A stretch of DNA of 56,594 bases from assembly GCA_045595345.1 (NCBI GenBank), contig JAZOAF010000110.1:1-56594 (forward strand). Direction: 5' to 3'. Under the pieces are notes generated by a model, which was not told the DNA's origin, did not search any database, and worked only from the letters and a program-made list of their open reading frames with translations. This document shows, in pieces, positions 9,515 to 20,531 of this stretch (position 1 is its first letter; every line of letters begins with the position of its first letter). The stretch comes from Clostridia bacterium (GTDB lineage: Bacteria > Bacillota > Clostridia > Monoglobales > Monoglobaceae). The position numbers and the translations under genes were made by a program.

Positions 9515-11197
9515 ATGCTTAAAGAATTATACATAAAAAACATTGCTGTAATTGATGAAGCTATTATTGATTTCGAAAAAGGCTTTAATGTTTTGACAGG
9601 GGAAACAGGCGCAGGTAAGTCCATCCTGATTGATGCAATAAATATGGTCATCGGAAGCCGTTCCAATAAAGAACTTGTAAGAACAGGTGCTGAGAAAGCT
9701 ATGGTAAGCGCCACCTTTTCTGTTACCTCCAATGAGGTTAAGGAAAAGCTTGACGAACTTGGTATTGACCTTGAAGATGATGGGGTAATTGTGTCACGCC
9801 AGATAAGTGCGGATGGGAAAAGCGTATGCCGTGTAAACGGAATGATGCTTCCTCTTGCAAGCGTAAAGGAAATCGGAGAACTTCTGGTTGACATCCACGG
9901 ACAGAACGATAACCAGAAAATTATGAACAAAGGCAACCATATTCTTTTCCTTGACGGATATGGGAAGTATGATACTTTAAAAGATGAATATAAGGCGATT
10001 TTTGCTGATTACAAGCGTATTTTAAACGAACTTGACGAGCTCAAAGGGGATAAGGAAGAAAGGGAAAGACGCCTTGATTTGCTTGAATTTCAGATGAACG
10101 AAATTGAAAGTGCTAAGCTTAAAGCGAATGAGGATATTACCCTTGAAGAAAGAAGAAACTTCCTGCAAAATGCAGAAAAGATTGTTTTTGGTGTTCAGTC
10201 TGCCTATGATGAACTCTATGGCGGAGAATATCAAAGTGCGGCATATGACCTCATTATGAAAGCCGTAAAAGGCCTTGATAATGTTAAAGAATATGACGAA
10301 AATCTAAGGTCTTATGCGGAAAGACTCAGCTCTGCTATGGCTGAAATTGATGATATAACCGGCGAACTTAAAGGTTTTTTGAGTAAAGCTGATTATTCCC
10401 AAGGGGAACTTGACGAGGTTGAAACCCGCCTTAATGTTATAAATAACCTTAAACGAAAATTTGGCAATACTATTGAAGAAATAAATACATACCTTGAAAA
10501 AATCAAGAACGAATATGAGAAACTTAGCCAAAGCGAAGAGAATACGGCAAAGTTGATACAGGAAATGAAAGAAATTGAAGCAAAGCTTGAAGTGGTTTCA
10601 GGAAAACTTACGGATGCCCGTAAAAAGGCGGGAAGAGAGCTTGAAGAAAAGATAGCAAGAGAACTCTCCGACCTGGATATGCCAAATGTTAAGTTCGTTG
10701 TTCTTATTGAGAATGCCCAATATAATAAAAACGGTTGCGACAGCGTTGAGTTTTTGATTTCTGCAAATGCAGGGGAAGAACCAAAGCCTATGAATAAGAT
10801 TGCATCGGGCGGCGAACTTTCAAGAATTATGCTCGCCATAAAGTCTGTAATGGCGGATTCCGAAATATCCGAAACAATGATTTTTGACGAAATTGATACT
10901 GGGGTAAGCGGAAGAGCGGCACAGAAAATCGCTGAAAAAATTGCAGGTTTTTCATCAGATTGTCAGGTTTTTGCGGTTACTCATTTAGCTCAGATTGCGG
11001 CAATGGCGGACACTCATTTCCAGATAAAGAAGGAAAAACGCGACGAAAAAACATACACAGGGGTTACAAAGCTTTCTTATGAAGGAAGAATAGAAGAGCT
11101 TGGCAGAATTATAGGCGGTGTTTCTGTTACCGTGACAACTCTCAAAAGTGCAGAAGAAATGCTTCAAATGGCGGAAACTATTAAAAACGGCAGGTAG
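9515..11197 (+). CDS. recN: DNA repair protein RecN
   Basis: Walker A 'GETGAGKS', long coiled-coil middle region, C-terminal 'ASGGELSRIMLA' signature and 'IFDEIDTGVSG'. Confidence 0.95.
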   Translation: MLKELYIKNIAVIDEAIIDFEKGFNVLTGETGAGKSILIDAINMVIGSRSNKELVRTGAEKAMVSATFSVTSNEVKEKLDELGIDLEDDGVIVSRQISADGKSVCRVNGMMLPLASVKEIGELLVDIHGQNDNQKIMNKGNHILFLDGYGKYDTLKDEYKAIFADYKRILNELDELKGDKEERERRLDLLEFQMNEIESAKLKANEDITLEERRNFLQNAEKIVFGVQSAYDELYGGEYQSAAYDLIMKAVKGLDNVKEYDENLRSYAERLSSAMAEIDDITGELKGFLSKADYSQGELDEVETRLNVINNLKRKFGNTIEEINTYLEKIKNEYEKLSQSEENTAKLIQEMKEIEAKLEVVSGKLTDARKKAGRELEEKIARELSDLDMPNVKFVVLIENAQYNKNGCDSVEFLISANAGEEPKPMNKIASGGELSRIMLAIKSVMADSEISETMIFDEIDTGVSGRAAQKIAEKIAGFSSDCQVFAVTHLAQIAAMADTHFQIKKEKRDEKTYTGVTKLSYEGRIEELGRIIGGVSVTVTTLKSAEEMLQMAETIKNGR

Positions 11198-11199
11198 AT

Positions 11200-11589
11200 A
11201 TGGAAAAGAACGGATATGTTGTTTCATCTGATGAAAAAACAGTAAAAATAAGGATAGACAGAGAATCTGCTTGCGGTGGGAATTGCGCACATTGTAAAGG
11301 CTGCTCCTCGGAGATGATTTTTGAATATGAAAACTCCTGTGGGTTTAAGGCAGGAGAAACTGTCAGAGTCTTAATGGACGATAGAAAGTTTCTTAAAAAG
11401 TCCTTTTTGGTATATGGCCTTTTGATTATAAGCCTTATCGCAGGTGGAATTTTAGGATATTTGCTTTTTGAAAGCGAGCTTATGTCTGCTCTTTTTTCTG
11501 TGATTGCATTAGCCGTGGTTTTACTGGTGCTGAGAAAAGTGCAAAAAGCGGATGATAGAGAAATTAAAGTAGAACGAATTTTAAGTTAG
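11200..11589 (+). CDS. RseC/MucC-family (SoxR-reducing system) membrane protein
   Basis: N-terminal 'CGGNCAHCKGC' cysteine cluster followed by two TM helices; ~130 aa, typical of the RseC family. Confidence 0.65.
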   Translation: MEKNGYVVSSDEKTVKIRIDRESACGGNCAHCKGCSSEMIFEYENSCGFKAGETVRVLMDDRKFLKKSFLVYGLLIISLIAGGILGYLLFESELMSALFSVIALAVVLLVLRKVQKADDREIKVERILS

Positions 11590-11601
11590 AGGATAAGTTT
11601 A

Positions 11602-13518
11602 ATGCTGATTTCAATTGACGGACTTTCTAAAAATTTTGGTGAAAGACGAATACTTGATAATATTAGTTTGACCATAGAGGAAAAAGGTCGCTATGGTCTT
11701 ATTGGCGTAAATGGTGCAGGAAAGTCGACCCTTCTCGATGTGATGTTAGGGAATTTGGAATATGAAGTCGGCAACATTTATAAAAGCGATAATACGGTAA
11801 TCGGTTTTTTAAAGCAGAACAGCGGATTAGAGCGGGATTGCTCTATTATTGAGGAAATGCGAAAGGCTTTCTCAGATGTTATTTCAGCTCAGGAAAGAAT
11901 GATTTCTCTTGGGGAGAAAATGGGGGAAATAGCAGATAAGGAAAGCAGTGAATATAAAGCGGTGGCGGGGGAATATTCGAAATGTCAGGCGCTTATTGAC
12001 AGCCGTGACGGCTATAATATCGATGTTAAGATTGCAACAATCTTAAACGGTATGGGTTTTGGAAACAAAGATACAAACACCATCATAAATACTCTGAGCG
12101 GTGGGGAGAAAACAAGACTTGCAATCGCCAAGCTCTTGCTTGAAGAACCCAATCTCTTGATTCTGGACGAGCCTACCAATCACCTTGATTTTAAGACTCT
12201 TAACTGGCTTGAAGAATATCTGATTTCATATAAGGGCGCGGTTTTAGTTGTCTCCCATGACAGATATTTTTTAGATAAGATAGTGGATACTGTTTTCGAA
12301 ATTGAGCGTGGAAAGCTTTATACATATAAGGGGAACTACTCCAAGTTTTTAAAGCTAAAAGAAGAGCGCAGAGAAAGACAGCAAAAGGAATATGAGACTC
12401 AGCAGGAAGAAATTGCAAAAATGCAAACCTATATTGATAAAAATCTTGCAAGGGCATCAACTTCAAACAGTGCAAAATCCAGAATAAAAGCTCTGGAAAG
12501 TATGGAACTGATTGAAAAACCTGACAGCGACCTTAAAGTTATGAAACTGAAATTTGAAACTGTCAGGGAGCCATATAAGGATGTGTTAAAGGTTAACGAC
12601 CTTGAAATTTGCGTTGGTGAAGAAAAGAAGGTCCTTTGCAGTAACATAAATCTGCATATTAGAAAAGGCGAAAAAATTGCCATAATCGGAGATAACGGAA
12701 TAGGAAAGTCCTCGTTTATTAAAACAATTCTGGATATTATTCCCCATTATAACGGCTCTTTTGAGTGGGGGAAGAATGTTTCGCTCAGCTATTATGAACA
12801 GGAAAATCTTAATTTAAATCAGGAGAAAATCGCAATTAATGAGCTTTGGGACAGATTTCCTCATATAAGTGAAACTGATATAAGAAAGGTTTTGGGAAGC
12901 GTTCTTCTTACAAAGGATGATGTCTATAAACCTGTCAAGGTTATAAGCGGTGGAGAGAGAGCAAAACTTGCTTTTTGCATAATAATGCTTGAAAAAGCCA
13001 ATGTTATTATCCTTGACGAGCCTACCAACCATCTGGATTTGGCATCGAAAGAGGTTTTGGAAAAGGCTCTTTCGGAATATGAAGGAACATTGATTTTCGT
13101 ATCCCATGACAGATACCTCTTAAATAAGGTGCCTGACAAAATTGTTGAAATAGAAGCGGACGGCGTTTTTGTATGCGACGGCGGATATGAAGATTATAAA
13201 GCGAGAAAAGAATTTCTGGCATCAAAAACAGAGGCGCCGACAATAGAAAAAATAGCTGAAAAGCCTAAAAGCTCTTATAGGTCAAAAGAACAAAGAAAGC
13301 AGGATGTTGCGAGGAAAAACCGAATTAAAGAGCTGGAAGTTTTGATAGAAAAGACCGAAGAACTTATAAGGAATCTTGAAGAAGAGATGACGAAAGAAGA
13401 AGTTTTTTCAGATTACGAACTAATGAACGAAAAATGTGAAGCTTTAAACCGAGAAAAAGAAAGTTTAGAAGGCTACTACGAGGAATGGACTATGCTTTCT
13501 GATGAGGCGGAAGGCTAG
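11602..13518 (+). CDS. ABC-F family ATPase (tandem ABC domains, no TM segment, C-terminal coiled coil)
   Basis: Two Walker A sites (GVNGAGKST, GDNGIGKSS), two signature motifs (LSGGEKTR, ISGGERAK), Lys/Glu-rich tail. Confidence 0.9.
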   Translation: MLISIDGLSKNFGERRILDNISLTIEEKGRYGLIGVNGAGKSTLLDVMLGNLEYEVGNIYKSDNTVIGFLKQNSGLERDCSIIEEMRKAFSDVISAQERMISLGEKMGEIADKESSEYKAVAGEYSKCQALIDSRDGYNIDVKIATILNGMGFGNKDTNTIINTLSGGEKTRLAIAKLLLEEPNLLILDEPTNHLDFKTLNWLEEYLISYKGAVLVVSHDRYFLDKIVDTVFEIERGKLYTYKGNYSKFLKLKEERRERQQKEYETQQEEIAKMQTYIDKNLARASTSNSAKSRIKALESMELIEKPDSDLKVMKLKFETVREPYKDVLKVNDLEICVGEEKKVLCSNINLHIRKGEKIAIIGDNGIGKSSFIKTILDIIPHYNGSFEWGKNVSLSYYEQENLNLNQEKIAINELWDRFPHISETDIRKVLGSVLLTKDDVYKPVKVISGGERAKLAFCIIMLEKANVIILDEPTNHLDLASKEVLEKALSEYEGTLIFVSHDRYLLNKVPDKIVEIEADGVFVCDGGYEDYKARKEFLASKTEAPTIEKIAEKPKSSYRSKEQRKQDVARKNRIKELEVLIEKTEELIRNLEEEMTKEEVFSDYELMNEKCEALNREKESLEGYYEEWTMLSDEAEG

Positions 13519-13531
13519 AAAGGAGATAAAA

Positions 13532-16500
13532 ATGCTGCTTAAAAGTGTTGAAATGCAGGGATTTAAGTCGTTTGCAGATAAGATTTACCTTGACTTTAAT
13601 CCCGGAATAACAGCAATTGTAGGACCAAACGGCTCCGGTAAAAGTAACATTTCCGATGCTATACGCTGGGTTATGGGTGAGCAGAGTATTAAAACTCTCC
13701 GCGGAAGTAAAATGGAGGATGTTATCTTCTCGGGAACTCAGAACCGTAAGCCTATGGGGTTTGCGGAGGTTTCCTTGACTCTTGATAACTCCAAGGGGTT
13801 TTTCCCTCTTGATTACGAAGAGATAACAGTAACAAGACGAGTTTACAGAAGCGGCGAGGGCGAATATTTTATCAACCGTGTTGGATGCAGACTTAAAGAT
13901 ATCCATGAACTCTTTATGGATACCGGTCTTGGCCGTGAAGGTTATTCCATTATCGGACAGGGTAAAATTGACGAGATACTCAGCAATAAGTCCGAAGACC
14001 GCAGACAGATTTTTGAGGAAGCGGCGGGAATTACTAAGTATAAATACAGAAAGAACGAAGCTGAAAGAAAGCTTAATCATACAACGGAAAACTTAACTCG
14101 CGTAAAGGACATTATGGCGGAACTTGAAAACCAGATTGGACCTTTATTTGAGCAGTCGGAAAAGGCGAAAAAATACCTCAAAATTCGCGACGAGCTTAAA
14201 GGAATAGAGGTTAACTTATCTGTTGTTAAAATTGATAAGCTTAAAGCAGATATTGAGGAACTTACTAAAAATCTTGCGGAGACTGACGGGGAAATCGATA
14301 AAATCCGTAGTGAAGTTGAAAATAATGAAAAGCTCGTTAACGAGATTTATGCTGACATATCTTCCTGGGATGCTCAGATGGAGGAAATCCGCGAGGAAGA
14401 GAAGAGAACTATTGAAAATATTGGCGATTCAAACAGCAAAATAAGCGTTTTGCTTGCTGATATAAGCCACTATGAAGAGAATATAAAAAAACTTGAAGAA
14501 ACTGTTAATGGTTATATAATCGAAGCAAAAGAAGCGGAAAGTCAGTTCGCTCTCTTAGAGGAAGAACTTGAAAAATTCCAGACAAAATGTGAAGAAATCA
14601 GAGTTTTAAAATCCAATCAGGAAAGCGTTATTTCCGAAATTGAGAAGGAAACCCAAAGCAAAAATTCTTTGGTTGAGGGAATTAAGACCGATATTATAGA
14701 AAAAAGCACGGAAATTAACCGGATAAAAGAGCGTATCGCAAACTCTGAGATTTTCAAACAGAATTTTGAGGAGAGAAAAATAACTCTTATAAATGAACTC
14801 AGCGAAAAAGCGGAAGATTATAATAATCTTTTTAAAAATGTTAAAGAGATAGAAGAAAGCCTTAACAAGAACAAGGAACGACTTGAAAAGCTTGAAGCTG
14901 ACCGTGATTCTATTGCAGAAGAAATTGAGAAAAAGCGCACAGAAAGAACAAATCTTCTTGAAAAATCCGAAAGCGTTAACACAGAACTCAATAAAAAGAT
15001 TTCAAAGAAAAATATCTTAGAAGATATGGAAAAATCTTTGGAAGGCTTCTCGGGAAGTGTCCGTGCTGTTTTAAATGCCTCACCTTCCGAAATAGGAAAC
15101 GCCAAGATTTACGGCCCGTTCGCCCGTCTTGTTAAAGTGTCAAAGGAATATACTGTTGCAATTGATACGGCGCTTTCAAATGCGGGGCAAAATATTGTTG
15201 TTGAAAACGAAGAAGATGCAAAGCGCGCCATTGAATATCTTAAAAATAAGAAGAGCGGAAGAGCTACTTTCCTCCCCGTTTCAACAGTTAAAGAAAGAAC
15301 CCTTGATGTTTCAAAAATCAAAGATATGAAAGGCTATATTGATATAGCATCAAATCTTGTGGAGACGGATAAGAAATACAGAGCAATTAAAAGCAGTCTT
15401 TTAGGCGCAATTGTTATTGCTGATAATATTGATAATGCAACACTTATTGCAAAGGCTGTCGACTATAAAATCAAGATTGTTACTCTCTCAGGCGAAGTTA
15501 TGCAGACCGGCGGTGCTATGACAGGCGGAAGCTTTAACAAAACTGCGGGATTTCTGTCAAGAGATGCAGAAATTAAAGAACTTGCAACACAGATTGAAGA
15601 CCTTAAAGAAAAGCTTTTTGCTTGTCGTGATGAAGCAAATAAGAGTGCAGAAGAGATACAGAAGCTCTCTGAAACTCTTGATTTTGACAATAAAGAAATT
15701 GCTGAAACCAGCGATGATTTGATTAAGGCACAGGCGGACTTTACCCACTATAATGCCTTTTTGGGAAATGTTACTGCGGCTAAAACTCATATTGAAAATG
15801 AGATTTCTTCTATTGATACAAGTATAGAAAAGCTTGATAACGAAAAGATGCAGCTCCTTGAAAATATTGCAAAAACAGAGGAAGAAATTAAAACTCTTGA
15901 AGCAACTGTTGCAGGGGAGCAGGAAGGCTTTGAAGGTCTTATTAAAAAGACCAGAGAGGCAAACGACCGTCTTACTGAAATCATCATTGAAGAAAATTCC
16001 TGTGAAAAAGATATTATATCCCAGAGGGAAAAGGTTTTAGTTGCATCAGAGCTTATTAAATCCATAGCGGAGAAAACCGAGCTTTCCGAAAAGGAAAAGC
16101 AGGAGCTTCTTGATAAAATCAATAAAGCTAAGGAAGAAATTGAAAGCGGAAGGGGAGAGATTGATTCCCTTAAAACTGCAACAAAAACAGCGGAAGAAAC
16201 CCTTAAAGAACTTGCTGAAAAGAAAGCTAAGGCGGAAGAGAGGACCAGACTCTTACAGAAAGAGATTACCGGAACCAACGATATTATGTTCGGTCTCAGC
16301 CGTCAGAAAGCTAAAATTGAGAGCAGAAAATCGGGAAGTGAAACTGAGCTTGAAAATATTTTCACAAGACTTTGGGAAGAATATGAACTTACATATTCAA
16401 CTGCTTACGAAATTGCAGATAAGAATGCAGACCTTACTAATGCAGAAAAAGATATTGCGTCACTCAAAGCAAAAATCAAGAATTTGGGCAATATAAATAT

Positions 16501-17089
16501 TGACGCAATTGAGAGTTACAGAGAAATCAAGGAAAGATATGATTTCCTCCTTGCTCAGACCAATGATTTGGAAAAGGCAAAGGCTGACCTTGAAAAGATT
16601 ATTACAGAGATGCTTACTGTTATGAAGAAACAGTTTGCACAGCAGTTTGAGGTTATTAACCGTAGCTTCAACAAGGTGTTTGCTGAGCTTTTCGGCGGTG
16701 GTTTTGCAACACTAAGTCTTGCTGACCCTGAGGATTTACTGGAAAGCGGAATTGAGATTGAGGCTCAACCACCGGGAAAGAAGCTTCAAAGACTTTCCCT
16801 CTTATCAGGCGGAGAAAGAGCACTCACTGCGATTGCTCTCCTTTTCGCAATCTTAAATGTGCGTCCGACACCATTCTGTATTCTTGACGAGATTGAGGCA
16901 GCACTTGATGATGTTAATGTTAACAGATACGCTGATTATCTCAAAAAATATTCAGAGAAATCTCAGTTTATCGTTGTTACTCACAGACGAGGAACAATGG
17001 AAGCTGCTAACATCTTATACGGCGTTACAATGCAGGAACGCGGTGTTTCCAAACTTTTATCTTTAAACATTGATGAGGTGGCAAAATAA
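13532..17089 (+). CDS. smc: chromosome segregation protein SMC
   Basis: 'GFKSFADK...GPNGSGKSN' head, hinge 'GATFLPV', C-terminal '[16 protein letters not shown]...DEIEAALD'; ATG 13532 follows RBS GAAAGGAG. Confidence 0.95.
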   Translation: MLLKSVEMQGFKSFADKIYLDFNPGITAIVGPNGSGKSNISDAIRWVMGEQSIKTLRGSKMEDVIFSGTQNRKPMGFAEVSLTLDNSKGFFPLDYEEITVTRRVYRSGEGEYFINRVGCRLKDIHELFMDTGLGREGYSIIGQGKIDEILSNKSEDRRQIFEEAAGITKYKYRKNEAERKLNHTTENLTRVKDIMAELENQIGPLFEQSEKAKKYLKIRDELKGIEVNLSVVKIDKLKADIEELTKNLAETDGEIDKIRSEVENNEKLVNEIYADISSWDAQMEEIREEEKRTIENIGDSNSKISVLLADISHYEENIKKLEETVNGYIIEAKEAESQFALLEEELEKFQTKCEEIRVLKSNQESVISEIEKETQSKNSLVEGIKTDIIEKSTEINRIKERIANSEIFKQNFEERKITLINELSEKAEDYNNLFKNVKEIEESLNKNKERLEKLEADRDSIAEEIEKKRTERTNLLEKSESVNTELNKKISKKNILEDMEKSLEGFSGSVRAVLNASPSEIGNAKIYGPFARLVKVSKEYTVAIDTALSNAGQNIVVENEEDAKRAIEYLKNKKSGRATFLPVSTVKERTLDVSKIKDMKGYIDIASNLVETDKKYRAIKSSLLGAIVIADNIDNATLIAKAVDYKIKIVTLSGEVMQTGGAMTGGSFNKTAGFLSRDAEIKELATQIEDLKEKLFACRDEANKSAEEIQKLSETLDFDNKEIAETSDDLIKAQADFTHYNAFLGNVTAAKTHIENEISSIDTSIEKLDNEKMQLLENIAKTEEEIKTLEATVAGEQEGFEGLIKKTREANDRLTEIIIEENSCEKDIISQREKVLVASELIKSIAEKTELSEKEKQELLDKINKAKEEIESGRGEIDSLKTATKTAEETLKELAEKKAKAEERTRLLQKEITGTNDIMFGLSRQKAKIESRKSGSETELENIFTRLWEEYELTYSTAYEIADKNADLTNAEKDIASLKAKIKNLGNINIDAIESYREIKERYDFLLAQTNDLEKAKADLEKIITEMLTVMKKQFAQQFEVINRSFNKVFAELFGGGFATLSLADPEDLLESGIEIEAQPPGKKLQRLSLLSGGERALTAIALLFAILNVRPTPFCILDEIEAALDDVNVNRYADYLKKYSEKSQFIVVTHRRGTMEAANILYGVTMQERGVSKLLSLNIDEVAK

Positions 17090-17997
17090 TGGCTTTATTT
17101 GACAAGCTTAAAGCAAGTCTTGGTAAAACAAAAAACAGTATAAACGAAAAAATCGAGTTCACTCTTAAATCTTTTAAAAAGATTGACGAAGAGCTTTTTG
17201 AAGAGCTTGAAGAGGTTTTGATAACTGCCGACATAGGCGTTAACACATCTCTTGAAATCATCGAAAGATTAAGGGGTGTTGCCAAGGAGAAAAGGCTTAC
17301 GGAAAGCCATGAGTTAAAAGAAGAACTTGGGAATATATTAATAGAAATTCTTGATGGAGCCGATGATAAAATAAACCTGAAAGGCACTCCTGCGGTTATT
17401 ATGGTTATTGGTGTTAATGGGGTTGGAAAAACAACTTCTATCGGGAAAATTGCCAATATGTATATAAAGCAAGGGAAAAAGGTTATTATGGCTGCTGCTG
17501 ATACATTCAGAGCAGGGGCCATAGAACAGCTCGATGTCTGGGCGGAGCGAGTAGGTGCCGAAATTGTTAAGCAGCAGGAGGGAGCAGACCCGGCGGCTGT
17601 TATCTATGACGGAATAAATGCTGCAAGAAACCGCAAGGCAGACATTCTCCTTTGTGATACAGCAGGAAGACTTCATAACAAGAAAAATCTTATGGATGAG
17701 CTTAAAAAGATTTACAGAATTTTAGACAGAGAACTTCCTGATTCTTCCAAGGAGGTCTTGCTTGTTCTGGATGCGACCACAGGGCAAAATGCAGTTCAGC
17801 AGGCGAAGCTCTTTAAAGAGGTTGCCGACATTACAGGAATTATATTAACCAAGCTTGACGGCACGGCAAAAGGGGGAATAGTTTTCCCTATTAAAAATGA
17901 ATATAATATCCCTGTTAAGTTTGTTGGCGTTGGAGAAACGGCAGACGACATTATGGAGTTTAATGCCGAAGAGTTCGTCAAGGCAATAGTTGAATAA
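17089..17997 (+). CDS. ftsY: signal recognition particle receptor FtsY
   Basis: NG domain motifs 'GVNGVGKTTSIGK', 'DTAGR', 'TKLDGTAKGG'; start overlaps the smc stop (TAATG). Confidence 0.95.
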   Translation: MALFDKLKASLGKTKNSINEKIEFTLKSFKKIDEELFEELEEVLITADIGVNTSLEIIERLRGVAKEKRLTESHELKEELGNILIEILDGADDKINLKGTPAVIMVIGVNGVGKTTSIGKIANMYIKQGKKVIMAAADTFRAGAIEQLDVWAERVGAEIVKQQEGADPAAVIYDGINAARNRKADILLCDTAGRLHNKKNLMDELKKIYRILDRELPDSSKEVLLVLDATTGQNAVQQAKLFKEVADITGIILTKLDGTAKGGIVFPIKNEYNIPVKFVGVGETADDIMEFNAEEFVKAIVE

Positions 17998-18000
17998 GGA

Positions 18001-18030
18001 AAAGCACCGCATAAGCGGTGCTTTATTTTT
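18001..18030. terminator. bidirectional terminator shared by ftsY (+) and trmFO (-)
   Basis: AAAGCACCGC-auaa-GCGGUGCUUU with U tracts on both strands. Confidence 0.8.
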
Positions 18031-19327
18031 AGATTGTAAGACTATCAATTTCGGAAAAGCTTCTTTGTGCAAACATTGAGGCTTTTTCTTTTTTGTCTTT
18101 AATCCTCATTCCCAAATCTTCAAAAATTCCAAAGTTAACATTCATAGGCTGGAAATTAGCAACAGAGCCAGTTGAAATATAATTTGAAAGAGCTCCTAAG
18201 GAGGTTTTGCTGCTGAAGACAACATCGTCTTTTCCTAAAAGCTTTCTTGCGACATTTATTCCTGCAACCATTCCGGATGATGCTGATTCGATGTATCCCT
18301 CAACTCCGGTGATTTGTCCTGCAAAGTAAATTTTCGGGTATTTTCGCATTGAATAAGTGTTTGTAAGCAAATCAGGAGAGTTTATATAGGTGTTTCTGTG
18401 CATAACCCCATAGCGGACAAATTCTGCATTTTCAAGGCCCGGAATCATACTGAAAACTCGTTTTTGTTCGCCAAATTTCAAGTGAGTCTGAAAGCCGACT
18501 ATATTAAAAAGAGTTCCGTTTGCATTATCTTGTCTTAACTGAACAACAGCATATGGTCTGCTATCATCGTGCGGATTTGTAAGACCAACCGGCTTTAATG
18601 GACCATAGCGCATAGTGTCCTCTCCGCGACTTGCCATAATCTCAATAGGCATACACCCTTCAAAAACATTAGGATTATCGATGTCTTCGTGAAGGGCTGC
18701 CGCCTCAGCCTGTATGAGTTCATTCCAAAAAGCAAGATACTGTTCTTTATCCATAGGACAGTTTATATAGTCGTCCCCGCCTTTTCCGTATCTTGCGCCG
18801 CGGAAAGCTTTGCTCATATCAATGCTTTCATAGGAAACGATAGGGGCGGCGGCGTCAAAGAAATGTAGATATTCCTGTCCAGTAAGTCTTTTAATTTCAG
18901 GAATTATCCCGTCTGAGGCAAGAGGACCGGTAGCTATTACGGTGTATTCATCTTCGTTAATTTCGGTAATTTCCCCTGATTTTACGGTTATTTTTGGGTT
19001 ATCCTTAATCTTCTCGGTTATCATTTTGGAAAAGCCTTCACGGTCAACAGCGAGGGCACCGCCTGCGGGAACTTTCGTGGCATCGGCACATTCCATAATT
19101 AACGAACCGATTTTTCGCATTTCTTCTTTTAGAAGGCCAACGGCGTTTGCGATTCCGTCTGCACGAAGAGAATTACTGCAAACAAGCTCCGCAAAATAGG
19201 GACTTTTGTGAGCAGGGCTGTATTTTTGTGGTTTCATTTCCCAAAGCTCAACTTCTACCCCTTGCTTTGCAATTTGCCATGCCGCTTCGCATCCGGCAAG
19301 GCCTGCTCCAATTACTTTTATCTTCAT
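18029..19327 (-). CDS. trmFO: methylenetetrahydrofolate--tRNA-(uracil54-C5)-methyltransferase TrmFO
   Basis: FAD fold 'VIGAGLAGCEAAWQ', 'ELVCSNSLR', 'FAGQITGVEGYIESASSG'; 432 aa. Confidence 0.9.
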   Translation of the reverse strand: MKIKVIGAGLAGCEAAWQIAKQGVEVELWEMKPQKYSPAHKSPYFAELVCSNSLRADGIANAVGLLKEEMRKIGSLIMECADATKVPAGGALAVDREGFSKMITEKIKDNPKITVKSGEITEINEDEYTVIATGPLASDGIIPEIKRLTGQEYLHFFDAAAPIVSYESIDMSKAFRGARYGKGGDDYINCPMDKEQYLAFWNELIQAEAAALHEDIDNPNVFEGCMPIEIMASRGEDTMRYGPLKPVGLTNPHDDSRPYAVVQLRQDNANGTLFNIVGFQTHLKFGEQKRVFSMIPGLENAEFVRYGVMHRNTYINSPDLLTNTYSMRKYPKIYFAGQITGVEGYIESASSGMVAGINVARKLLGKDDVVFSSKTSLGALSNYISTGSVANFQPMNVNFGIFEDLGMRIKDKKEKASMFAQRSFSEIDSLTI

Positions 19328-19439
19328 AATATTTTCTCCTTAAAAGGTTTTTCAACAAAATATTGGACTTTTGCATTTGTTTGTGATATATTAAGTATAT
19401 CATATTTTTTGGATATAAGCAAGAATAAGAGGATATAAA

Positions 19440-19811
19440 ATGAGAGGTCCCTGGAAAAATTTATATAAAGTTAAGCTTAATAGGGTCAGCGGTGGAGATA
19501 TTATCTGTAAGCACTGTAATAATGTTTTGGGTCATATCCAGCCGATGAATTATTCTTACATAAAGATTGCCTTTGTTTGCCAGTGTAAAAATATTGTAAA
19601 AGCTGAGCTTTACAGAGGTAAACGCCCGAAACTTAGCCATCTGGGCAGAGAGCTTTATAACAAAGATGAAAAATATATTTGTCAAAGCTGCGAAACACCG
19701 TTGTTCTCCGTTAATGAAGAAAACTGTATAAGTTTTGCATTTAATGCGGTCTGCAAATGCGGGGTTGAATATGATACTAAATTCAAGAACAAATGGAAAG
19801 ACTTAGACTAA
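19440..19811 (+). CDS. hypothetical protein with two tandem CxxC...CxC zinc-ribbon-like modules
   Basis: Good RBS (AAGAGGA). Internal duplication: 'ICKHCNN..(18)..CQC' and 'ICQSCET..(18)..CKC'. Confidence 0.5.
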   Translation: MRGPWKNLYKVKLNRVSGGDIICKHCNNVLGHIQPMNYSYIKIAFVCQCKNIVKAELYRGKRPKLSHLGRELYNKDEKYICQSCETPLFSVNEENCISFAFNAVCKCGVEYDTKFKNKWKDLD

Positions 19812-19877
19812 AATATTGCATTTTGTGTTCAGTTGGTATATAATAATAAAAAGCCTGAGAAAAGGAGAGATGAGGGA

Positions 19878-20531
19878 ATGGATGTTCTTACAGTGAATCC
19901 CGGGATGCTTTGCAAGACTGTTGACTTTGACAAATTTAAAAGCGAGGAAGATAAGGATTTTTTTGCCAGTCTTTTCCTTGTGGCAGGTGCGATTGGGAAC
20001 GAAATCGTCTGCCAAAATCTTGGGTTTTTAGGTGATAAAAGCTCTAAAATAATAGAGGTTATAAAAAGTGTTGGCGGAGAAATAGAAGAAAGAGATAACT
20101 TTTTACGAGCCAAGAGAAATGCTAAAATGCAAGGTGCAGCTATTTCTTGCAAGGGGTATGAGGATATTCTCCCGTTTATTGCTCTGCTTTGTGCTTTTTG
20201 CGTGGGAGAAAGCAAACTTACAGGCGTTAAGGATACTAAATATATTTCTTTGCTCAAAGGAATAGTCTCCGAATTTTCTCATTTGGGTATTTATACAGAA
20301 CAAACCGCAGATGGATTGATTATTCACGGCGGACAGGTTTTAAGAGGCGACGGCGCATATGTGTGGAATAGTGACTCACTTGCTATGGCCCTTTGGATTG
20401 GAGCTTCCAGAAGCGAAGGAGAGTTGCGTTTATGCGGCATATCCAGAATAAAAGATGAGAGATTTGAAGAATTTTTAAATATTGTGATGGGAGATAAGAA
20501 GTATGAAAATAATGGTAATAAACGGACCTAA
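19878..20531 (+). CDS. EPSP synthase (AroA)-like half-length protein with degenerate catalytic motifs
   Basis: Resembles the C-terminal half of AroA ('FFASLFLVAGAI', 'GDKSSKIIEVIKSVGGEI', 'DILPFIALLCAFCVGESKLTG'). KESDR and DHRIAM positions read 'KDTKY' and 'SDSLAM'. ATG 19878 follows RBS AAAGGAGAG. Confidence 0.55.
   Translation: MDVLTVNPGMLCKTVDFDKFKSEEDKDFFASLFLVAGAIGNEIVCQNLGFLGDKSSKIIEVIKSVGGEIEERDNFLRAKRNAKMQGAAISCKGYEDILPFIALLCAFCVGESKLTGVKDTKYISLLKGIVSEFSHLGIYTEQTADGLIIHGGQVLRGDGAYVWNSDSLAMALWIGASRSEGELRLCGISRIKDERFEEFLNIVMGDKKYENNGNKRT

Noticed and set aside
9454-10839. Long minus-strand ORFs (9454-9936, 10393-10839, 10304-10531) inside recN
   Set aside because: They are antisense shadow ORFs of a confidently identified gene. 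They are Ser/Leu/Phe-rich and low in complexity, have no RBS and show no recognisable motifs.
14818-17522. Minus- and plus-strand ORFs overlapping smc/ftsY (for example 15787-16278 -, 17025-17522 -, 16110-16496 +)
   Set aside because: The Glu/Lys-rich coiled-coil coding sequence of smc keeps alternative frames open. Their compositions are mirror images of the smc codons, so they are not genes.
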